Origin: a virus
IMG/VR virus record: IMGVR_UViG_3300025101_000019
Coordinates: 64,001 to 128,000 of that record
Length of the DNA: 64,000 bases
Strand: one strand, 5' to 3'
The notes beneath the pieces are model-generated. The model was not told the DNA's origin. It did no database searches and saw only the letters and a program-made list of their open reading frames with translations. This document shows positions 56,393 to 64,000 of this stretch, piece after piece. Each line of letters begins with the position of its first letter. Position 1 is the first letter of the stretch. A program made the position numbers and the translations under genes.

Positions 56393-57033
56393 TTTTGTTT
56401 ATGCCACTTATTTTCTTTAATGTATTTTATAATATCATGGTGTACCATCTTTGTATCAAAATAGTGTGGCTTACAATATAAATGACCAAAGAGTGGAACT
56501 CCACTCGTTACTGAATCTGCCATATTCATAAAACTTCCTTCATAAACATGGATTTCTTTTGCGTTCTGTAATACTTTTCTGTAATCCAATATATGTCCTG
56601 CTCTACCATCAAGGTTTATCACAGGTAAATTTGGATTCATAAAATGTTTTCTGTTAATACCAATCATTGGACGATTCATATTATCAAGTGGTCTTTCATG
56701 TACGATTATGTAATCTTTACCATGCGTTTGAACCAACTCATTATATAATCTATCCTCTTCATTTACATCATAATCCCAAGTTAAATCTCGCCAACTACTA
56801 TGTTCAACACCATCTTGAAATTTTAATCCTATATGTGGTGCGTGATATTCATGAGGACAAGTACCTGTTGATAGGTTTGGTGTCTCATTGTATAGTTTTT
56901 CAAATAACCAATTTAGTCTTGGTACTTGTATGTATACTCTATCGTATTCTTTACAATACTTTTCTTTAATTACTGATGAGAACATTAACCCATCACCAAC
57001 TCCACCTGCGTGTCCTATTGTTATTGCTTCCAT
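56371..57033 (-). CDS. putative glycosyltransferase
   Basis: HAGGVGDGL, NAKEIH..GSF; cluster context. Confidence 0.5.
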   Translation of the reverse strand: MEAITIGHAGGVGDGLMFSSVIKEKYCKEYDRVYIQVPRLNWLFEKLYNETPNLSTGTCPHEYHAPHIGLKFQDGVEHSSWRDLTWDYDVNEEDRLYNELVQTHGKDYIIVHERPLDNMNRPMIGINRKHFMNPNLPVINLDGRAGHILDYRKVLQNAKEIHVYEGSFMNMADSVTSGVPLFGHLYCKPHYFDTKMVHHDIIKYIKENKWHKQKWNYIWE

Positions 57034-58802
57034 TAACTTAACATTTTTTCAACGATTTCGATATCTGATGGATAGTCAACTGCGTGTGATACATTGTCCA
57101 CCATTACCATTTTTACTTTATGTCCCATCTCTATAAATCTATCAATCTCAATGTCTTCTTCAAATTCGAGTGGTGTCTTTTTACCATAATCGGCAAAGTC
57201 TTTTAGATGTTCTCTATTGAATCCGTAGATACAAACTTGTTTCATTGGATTACTGGTCTTACCCTGTTTTGTTCCTGGGAGTGGACTCCTTGAACACCAA
57301 ATTAACTCATCATTTAGATTTGTGATTACTTTTGGTATCTTTGGGTCTTCAATCTTTTCGTGAGGATTCAAATATGCCATACAATTTATAATATGGTCAG
57401 GGTTATCAATCTTAGCTTGAATAACTTTATCAATATCGTTTGCTGATAACATAGGTTCGTCACCTTGGACATTGATGATAAAGTCTGCGTCTATTTCCAT
57501 TGCCGCTTCTGCTACTCTATCTGTACCCGTTGGACATTCGTCTGAAGTTAAGATTACTTTTAAACCATTGTTTTTTGCAACATCAACAATTTCTTCGTTT
57601 TCTGTTGCGATGTAAACATTATCTTTACCCACCATCGAGTTTTGACATAGTTCAGCAACCCAAAGAATCATTTCTTTTCCATTAATCATCGCAAGAGGTT
57701 TTCCAGGGAATCTTGACGATTTGTATCTTGCGGGGATAACTATCGCAACCTTTGGGTCTAAGACCCCATCAAGTTTTTTATTATCAAACGACTTCGATTC
57801 AGGTATGTCAAGTAATACATCTTCTATCCTATTAGGATGTAAGAACGATTGTTGTAAGTTCTGAGGATACAATGGGTGAATGTGTTTCAATCCACTAACC
57901 ATATAGTTGTGTGTAAAGCCCCATTTGTATTTTTCCATCAAAGGATTCATCCAATCAGAAATAACTTTTTGTAAGGGTTTACAATTGTATTGTGTTTTAT
58001 CACCCCAAAGAAATTTTGTTTGGTCTTTTGCGTATTGTAGGTAAGTTACAAGTTGTTCTGTTTTAACATTTCCGACACCTCTACCCATTCCAAGTAAAGT
58101 ACCATCTAACCAAAGTGCCCCTTCGGATTCTGCGGCAAGACAATTGGCGAATGCAAGTCCAAGGTTATCGTGTGTATGAATCCCAATCTTCGAATCACCT
58201 TCGAATAGTTCTACAATCTCTTTTGTTCTATCAGGAGTCAATGCTCCATATGAATCAGCAAAGTATAATGATAGTGGTTTTAATTCACCCATATCATTTA
58301 CGAAAGTATTTATTTCACTATCATCTAATAAAGATATACCCATCAGATTTACTATCAATTCGTAATCCTTTGATTGGATATATTTACCGATTTCGATTGC
58401 GAGGTCTAATTCCGAATACTTTATCGCGAGACGACAAATATCGAATGGTGAATTTTCCCCATCATGGATAACATCATCAATCAATGAGAAATCTACTTCA
58501 TTACCTTTTATGAAATCCTTTGCGTCAATCATAAACGCAAGTTTGAGGTTTACTGGCTTTCTATTGTCCAATACATCCCAAATGAACCTATCGTTACACT
58601 TACGATATTTACCACCCTTAACAGGCGATTTGTAACCCATCTCCATTACTCCCACTCCCGAAAGGTCAAGGGCTTGTACTAAGTCTCTGACCATCTGAGT
58701 GTCAAAGTTCCAATTGGTGTAGTACCCACCATCTCTTAATGTACAATCTAATATCATAGGAAATTTGTTAAAATTTTCTTTCGACACACGAATCGTTCCC
58801 AA
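57033..58802 (-). CDS. fusion: DRE-TIM (HMGL-like) aldolase plus CMP-Kdo synthetase (KdsB-like)
   Basis: LDCTLRDGGY, ADSYG, HTHDNLGLA, GRGVGN; then IPARYKSSRFPGKPL, TGTDR, NVQGDEP, AVD. Confidence 0.88.
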   Translation of the reverse strand: MGTIRVSKENFNKFPMILDCTLRDGGYYTNWNFDTQMVRDLVQALDLSGVGVMEMGYKSPVKGGKYRKCNDRFIWDVLDNRKPVNLKLAFMIDAKDFIKGNEVDFSLIDDVIHDGENSPFDICRLAIKYSELDLAIEIGKYIQSKDYELIVNLMGISLLDDSEINTFVNDMGELKPLSLYFADSYGALTPDRTKEIVELFEGDSKIGIHTHDNLGLAFANCLAAESEGALWLDGTLLGMGRGVGNVKTEQLVTYLQYAKDQTKFLWGDKTQYNCKPLQKVISDWMNPLMEKYKWGFTHNYMVSGLKHIHPLYPQNLQQSFLHPNRIEDVLLDIPESKSFDNKKLDGVLDPKVAIVIPARYKSSRFPGKPLAMINGKEMILWVAELCQNSMVGKDNVYIATENEEIVDVAKNNGLKVILTSDECPTGTDRVAEAAMEIDADFIINVQGDEPMLSANDIDKVIQAKIDNPDHIINCMAYLNPHEKIEDPKIPKVITNLNDELIWCSRSPLPGTKQGKTSNPMKQVCIYGFNREHLKDFADYGKKTPLEFEEDIEIDRFIEMGHKVKMVMVDNVSHAVDYPSDIEIVEKMLS

Positions 58803-58810
58803 AATGTGGG

Positions 58811-59434
58811 TTACACGAGGGTGTCATAATAGTCGTTTTGTTTTACTTGTTTTTCTATATCTTTGTGATGGAACAATGATAGTTCCTCAACCCAAGGTAA
58901 ATTAGAAATCGTGTCATATCCATCGAGTTTCTCGTGTACCTTATTTATCCAACGAATGGAGTCTGATTTTTTATAAACTCTCCATTGTGGGTCTGGCCAA
59001 TTTACTCGACCTTTATCATCAACCTTCCACCCCCACTTCTGAATGTACTCATCGGTTAATCCATCTACCAAATTTACTCTTGGTACAAGAATTACATCAA
59101 CACCATTCATTTCAAGGATTGCTGGAAGGTTTTCAATCAATTCATTATTAGGGATTTCATCTGCGTCAATCTGAAAGATGTAATCACCATTACATAAATC
59201 TGTTAATTTGTTTTTCCAATTTGCGAAGTGTCCATCGAACTCACCACTATGCCATGAGTAAGTTGGATTTACTGATTTTGCTCTTAGAAATTCTTCTACT
59301 TTTGTATCACCATTCTTAGAATCGTATAGAACTACGATTTCATCTTCGTCTCTGATATTGTCTAATAAGTAAGGTATTAGTTTTTGAATTTCTACCAACT
59401 CATTACAAACTGTAATTGCGTAACTTATTTTCAT
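58811..59434 (-). CDS. glycosyltransferase family 2
   Basis: ISYAITVCNE, IDADE, WPD, KVHE. Confidence 0.85.
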   Translation of the reverse strand: MKISYAITVCNELVEIQKLIPYLLDNIRDEDEIVVLYDSKNGDTKVEEFLRAKSVNPTYSWHSGEFDGHFANWKNKLTDLCNGDYIFQIDADEIPNNELIENLPAILEMNGVDVILVPRVNLVDGLTDEYIQKWGWKVDDKGRVNWPDPQWRVYKKSDSIRWINKVHEKLDGYDTISNLPWVEELSLFHHKDIEKQVKQNDYYDTLV

Positions 59435-59443
59435 ACTCTATTT

Positions 59444-59959
59444 TTATAATCCTACGGGTGGAGTATCTTGTGTGGTCTCCAAATCCGTATCGTCCTTTCG
59501 AACTTGTTCTTGTTGTCTTCGTTCTGACCTTGATGCTATTTTATCAAATACACCATAGTCATAGTTATAAACTGTTATCTGTCCTACATTCTTTTCAACC
59601 AAAGTTCTATAACCATTTTGAAGGTCTTTGTTCTTTAGTTTAGAAGTGTAGAATTGTTTAGAGTTAACTTCTACTCTCAATTTACTCAAATCTAACTTTT
59701 TAATTTGAGGAGTAGTACTTGTTACCTCATTCAAATCCTCTGCAAGTTTAGTAAACTTGTCGGGTGCACAATCTTTTAAATCTAAACAATGAAAGTAATT
59801 CTTGAATTTAGGTTGTAAGATAAAGACAAACATATCTCTCTGAGTGTTGTCTCGTTTCTTATACCTAATCTTTGCAACCATACCTCTTTCTAATTTAGTC
59901 TTAGAAACTCTTGTAGGGTCTGTTAATTTACTTCTATGTCTACTTGTAAAATCTGGCAT
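59444..59959 (-). CDS. hypothetical protein
   Basis: ORF in gene string. Confidence 0.6.
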   Translation of the reverse strand: MPDFTSRHRSKLTDPTRVSKTKLERGMVAKIRYKKRDNTQRDMFVFILQPKFKNYFHCLDLKDCAPDKFTKLAEDLNEVTSTTPQIKKLDLSKLRVEVNSKQFYTSKLKNKDLQNGYRTLVEKNVGQITVYNYDYGVFDKIASRSERRQQEQVRKDDTDLETTQDTPPVGL

Positions 59960-61239
59960 TACTTTTTCTTCAATTTAGGTAGTTTCAATCCAACTTGAGT
60001 AGGACCTTCACCAACTTTATATTGTGTTAACAACTCACCTAACTTCTCTGTCATCTTATCTTGAGTAAAGTTAGTTTTTACATAATGTCTGTTTTTACGA
60101 GACATTACCACTGCTTTTTTGTAATTGTTATAAACTGTTTTTAGAACACCACCTGCTTGTTGATGGTCAATCTTGAACCATTTTGCTTGTTCAAGAATCC
60201 ATTTGTTTGCAGCTGATTTATGAACATTCTCTAATTTACCACCTACTAAAAAGTTATATTCTTTATGTAAGAAATCTACATGACCACTCCAAGCTGATGC
60301 TATAATTGGTTTACCACTAACACATGCCTCAAGTAATGGTCTACCGAATCCTTCACCATGAGTAAATGATACATGAGATTTTACTTTTGGATGATTGTAT
60401 ACTGAATTCATTTCTTCATCGGTCAAATCACCATCTAAAATATAAATATTAGGAAAGTTAGTTCCACCGATTCTATTTTTACATCTTTCGATTGTTTTTC
60501 TTAGTCGATGTATATTTGATATTGATGGTTGTCCATTATTAGTTTTTAGAACCAACGCAGGTTTAGTTTTGTTTTTAAAAGATGTTCCCTTAAATGTATT
60601 CAAAAATACTTTTACTAATGAATATATGTTTTTTCTATCTTGACCATCTGCACCTGGCAACCAATGACCCACAAATAAGAAACAAAAGTTTTCTGGTATT
60701 TTGTCAAATACTTTTTTAACAGTATTGTTTATAGGTGCTTTATTGTCAAAAACCTTTGTGTCAAATCCTTCGAATAAAACTTCAACAGGTTTTTCTAATT
60801 TCAACTCACCCATCTTTTGTTTTGTCTGGTCATTGAGTTTATCATAAACTGCCGATAAAGTTCTTGCTGAATGTTCTGACGAAACCATAGTTAAGTCCAT
60901 TCTATTACACCCATCAATAAATTCTGCAGGTGCATCTGATGTTTCGATAACTGCTGATACACCAATATTAAAATGACCTACTGGTTGAAACTCTGATGGA
61001 ATTGTCATTTGAATCCAAATATCTGGCTTCGTTTCCATTTTACGACTGATTCTTGAAGTCAAATCTGAATCATCAGGTGTCAATGCGTTGATAGGAGTTT
61101 GTCCCCATCGTTGAGACAATATTCTAATGTCCCACTCATCACCCTTTAACTGAATTAATGACCTTACGAAATCTCTACTTCTTGCACCATAACCACTTCT
61201 TGTAGCTATTGGACAACTAATTACACATACTTTTTTCAT
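59959..61239 (-). CDS. glycosyltransferase family 4 (GT-B)
   Basis: SGYG, RKN, GEGFGRPLLEA. Confidence 0.88.
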   Translation of the reverse strand: MKKVCVISCPIATRSGYGARSRDFVRSLIQLKGDEWDIRILSQRWGQTPINALTPDDSDLTSRISRKMETKPDIWIQMTIPSEFQPVGHFNIGVSAVIETSDAPAEFIDGCNRMDLTMVSSEHSARTLSAVYDKLNDQTKQKMGELKLEKPVEVLFEGFDTKVFDNKAPINNTVKKVFDKIPENFCFLFVGHWLPGADGQDRKNIYSLVKVFLNTFKGTSFKNKTKPALVLKTNNGQPSISNIHRLRKTIERCKNRIGGTNFPNIYILDGDLTDEEMNSVYNHPKVKSHVSFTHGEGFGRPLLEACVSGKPIIASAWSGHVDFLHKEYNFLVGGKLENVHKSAANKWILEQAKWFKIDHQQAGGVLKTVYNNYKKAVVMSRKNRHYVKTNFTQDKMTEKLGELLTQYKVGEGPTQVGLKLPKLKKK

Positions 61240-62648
61240 ATCTTGTAAATATCAAATCTTTGTCTTGGTTTCCAATTTTCAAAACAACCATCGATTGCTT
61301 CAATAAATTTCTTACCCATTGTTTCGGCTGCCATATCACCTGCACCCATAATAAATTCATGTCCTTTCATACCTGCGGATGTACACTCATCCCTACCCTT
61401 ACTATACCATTTATCTATTGCCGAACCGATGTCTTTATAAGAACATCTATCATCAAATATATAAGGAGTAACGGGTGACCCTTGTAGTGAACGATTAGAA
61501 GGCCAGATTGGTTCAACCCATTCACCCCAAGTCAGTTCGTCTATAATTGGATTATCTTTATCGTGTAAAGAACCAATCTCAACATAATCATCTCCAGTTA
61601 AGAACTCACCATTTCTTTTAAATCCACATTGGTCTTGTAATCCACCTGTAACATTTACAATGATAGGAGTACCTGCTCGTAATGCTTCACAAGAACCCAA
61701 ACCAAACCCTTCGTTTGATGCGACATTCAATACCACATCACACGAGTTATAAAACATATTTAATCCTTCCGTACTTAGTTTTCCATCTGAAAACTTTACA
61801 TCACAATTAGTTACATTCATTTTTACCAATTCAGGAAGGTCTGTACCATTATCATCAATTGGATTTGTGTGCATGAACAATAGTACTTTTTTATTTGGAT
61901 GTTTCTTTGCAAACTCTTCTACTCCTAAAACAACATCACCTGGAACTTTTCTACGAATGTTTCTGTTACACCATCCGAGAATAAAGTCATAATCATTAAT
62001 ACCACATTCTTCTTTGTATGCTATTAAATTAGTATCTGTATCTGATAGTGGTTTGAATAAGTTAGTTACTCCATGTGGAATATACTTGAAAGACCAATCT
62101 TCTCTATCTTCACCATACCAATCCATTACTCTTTTGTTAATACCATATGTTTGTTTGGATATACCTAACAACAAGTCACAACTTGCGTAAAATGGTGCAT
62201 TCCAATGTGGGTCAGGTAATGAGTCCCATATATTGTAATACATGATTGGACAAATCTGTCTAACCTCATTTTCCATATCATACAACCATCCCCAAAATCT
62301 TGGGTCAGTAAAGTGTAGTATTGCGTCTGGTTTTTCTACATTCAATAATTCTCTTAAAACTTCAGGATTACCATAACTTGTATGGGCGTATATCTTTACA
62401 GATGCATCTTCTATGCCTGTAAGTTTTCTAACATCATCATCTAAAATGAATTGTTTACCATGGTCGGGATGTTTTAATGCAGCCCCCAATTGTACCCAAT
62501 CATATTTGTGTACTGTTGATAGTACGATTTCTTTTGATTGTGTTGCAATCCCACTATGTAATCGTAAATCATCGGAAAGTAAAAGTATCTTTGGTTTCTT
62601 AACCTTATTCTTAGATACCTTCTTTAGTTTTGGTAGTTCTATGCTCAT
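61236..62648 (-). CDS. glycosyltransferase family 4 (GT-B)
   Basis: NRNIRRK, NEGFGLGSCEA, TGGLQD. Confidence 0.88.
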   Translation of the reverse strand: MSIELPKLKKVSKNKVKKPKILLLSDDLRLHSGIATQSKEIVLSTVHKYDWVQLGAALKHPDHGKQFILDDDVRKLTGIEDASVKIYAHTSYGNPEVLRELLNVEKPDAILHFTDPRFWGWLYDMENEVRQICPIMYYNIWDSLPDPHWNAPFYASCDLLLGISKQTYGINKRVMDWYGEDREDWSFKYIPHGVTNLFKPLSDTDTNLIAYKEECGINDYDFILGWCNRNIRRKVPGDVVLGVEEFAKKHPNKKVLLFMHTNPIDDNGTDLPELVKMNVTNCDVKFSDGKLSTEGLNMFYNSCDVVLNVASNEGFGLGSCEALRAGTPIIVNVTGGLQDQCGFKRNGEFLTGDDYVEIGSLHDKDNPIIDELTWGEWVEPIWPSNRSLQGSPVTPYIFDDRCSYKDIGSAIDKWYSKGRDECTSAGMKGHEFIMGAGDMAAETMGKKFIEAIDGCFENWKPRQRFDIYKI

Positions 62649-62699
62649 TCTATAACTTCTTCTTAATTTATTTAACTATAAATATACAAAAAATATTTA

Positions 62700-63083
62700 T
62701 TAAATCCTATTATAATCATCATTAATTCTAACGATATCATCTTCACCGAAATAGGTTCCAGTTTGAACCTCTATAAACTCAACGGGTTCATCCGTTTCAT
62801 TCCATGCTCTGTGCTTTGCACCTAATGGTATTCTAATGGTCTCACCATATTTTCTGAATACCTTTTCATCATCCAAAACAATTGTTAACTCACCTTTTAT
62901 AATCGTCCAACATTCTTGTCTTTTGTGGTGATACTGATAAGATAGTTTTTGATTTGGATTTACTGTAATTCTTTTTACTTTTGTTGTAGGGTCATCTAAC
63001 AATACTTCATACTTTCCCCATGGTCGAGTTTCAGTTAAGATTCCCCTAGCAGTTATTGATTGGTTTGATTCTAATTTACTCAT
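62700..63083 (-). CDS. mannose-6-phosphate isomerase type II cupin domain
   Basis: RPWG, LSYQYH..R.E.W, EVQTG.YFGEDDIVR. Confidence 0.9.
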   Translation of the reverse strand: MSKLESNQSITARGILTETRPWGKYEVLLDDPTTKVKRITVNPNQKLSYQYHHKRQECWTIIKGELTIVLDDEKVFRKYGETIRIPLGAKHRAWNETDEPVEFIEVQTGTYFGEDDIVRINDDYNRI

Positions 63084-63475
63084 TGTACAAAACTTGCTTT
63101 TTTACCCCATCTATTTAGTAACCTACTAAAATGATTAAAGTCTTTTCTTGTTATTTCACCAAAGTATATTATTCTATCTGAATTATGTACTATACAATCG
63201 TACTGATGAAGTGGTTGTGTTGGATGATATGGTTTATCATAATAATCATCGTCCATTCCACTATACAAAGTACTTGATGTATGTGCTGCGTTATATTCGA
63301 TATACTTTAGATTCATTTCTAACGCATATTTTCTAACCCACTTCTCTACACCATTCTTTTTACCTCTCGTGATAATTGTTAAATCATCACCAAACTTTTG
63401 TTTGAGTTTAAAGATTGCTTCTTTAAGTTCACCTCTATTCTCGTACTTCTCATCCCCTATCAGAGCTACCTTCAT
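63080..63475 (-). CDS. SLOG/YspA-like protein
   Basis: MKVALIG...IITRG...GVEKWV.KYA; start reset. Confidence 0.55.
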   Translation of the reverse strand: MKVALIGDEKYENRGELKEAIFKLKQKFGDDLTIITRGKKNGVEKWVRKYALEMNLKYIEYNAAHTSSTLYSGMDDDYYDKPYHPTQPLHQYDCIVHNSDRIIYFGEITRKDFNHFSRLLNRWGKKASFVQ

Positions 63476-63962
63476 TTTTATTAAGTGTGTTTCGTACCTT
63501 TTTCCAATACCTTTTAGTTTGTTTCTTTTGTAATCCCTTCGGACCACCATTCCAACACCTTGCGATTTTCTCATATGAACTTTCTTTGTGATAATAATCT
63601 ACAAATACATAAAACATTTCAATAGACTTTTCTCTATTCCATCTGTCATCAAGTGTATAAAATCTATTATCATCATTTTTGTTTAAAATTCGATTTACAT
63701 CATTCACCATTATGGGTCTAATCTGTAATACTCCTGCAGCGTTTTCTCTTTTTGCATATGCAGTTGGGTTACCCTCTGATTCTACCCACACCATTGCCTC
63801 TACCAAATCATCTAAATTTCTTACAATGGGTTTTATTTCATTTTCTACTTTTTCAATTTTAATTTCCTTAATAGGAATCGTGTCAATTTGTTCTATTGGT
63901 TGTTCGTTGTTATTTACCGAAGAACATAGTAATCCGACTAATACTATTGAAAGATTTCTCAT
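63450..63962 (-). CDS. lysozyme-like/lytic transglycosylase with N-terminal signal
   Basis: WVES, GVLQI, DR, ARCWNGGP, YW. Confidence 0.75.
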   Translation of the reverse strand: MRNLSIVLVGLLCSSVNNNEQPIEQIDTIPIKEIKIEKVENEIKPIVRNLDDLVEAMVWVESEGNPTAYAKRENAAGVLQIRPIMVNDVNRILNKNDDNRFYTLDDRWNREKSIEMFYVFVDYYHKESSYEKIARCWNGGPKGLQKKQTKRYWKKVRNTLNKNEGSSDRG

Positions 63963-64000
63963 ACAAATTTTATTCGTTCAACTTTGGGACATAATTCACT

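Overview
AT-rich, gene-dense 64 kb segment with essentially every real gene on the minus strand. It is best read as part of a large (jumbo-type) dsDNA phage infecting an aquatic Bacteroidota host; this is an inference, and no capsid, terminase or polymerase gene lies in the window. Host evidence: 18 promoters matching the Bacteroidota -33 TTTG / -7 TAnnTTnG architecture with invariant spacing, plus DUF4494 and TIGR03643 genes. Content: repair and nucleotide genes (UvsE, ThyA, Nudix, HAD phosphatases), a proteostasis set (Hsp20, J-domain, GroEL, GroES, ClpS, MoxR/vWA), five canonical tRNAs, a probable lysis/envelope module, and a ~16 kb glycan-biosynthesis island with an aldolase-KdsB fusion. 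Best unexplained signals: (1) a tandem pair of non-canonical tRNA-Gly-like RNAs (ACC and TCC anticodons, GGCAGTT T-loop, no U8 or G18G19) that covary in all four stems and have their own promoter; (2) a TTAACA-N5-TTAACA repeat exactly 7 bp upstream of the -33 box in nine promoters, on a reused cassette that also supplies stop codons to upstream genes; (3) a 1.2 kb ORF-free island (24.45-25.65 kb) packed with motifs resembling host regulator sites. Protein family calls come from motif recognition by eye, not from database searches.
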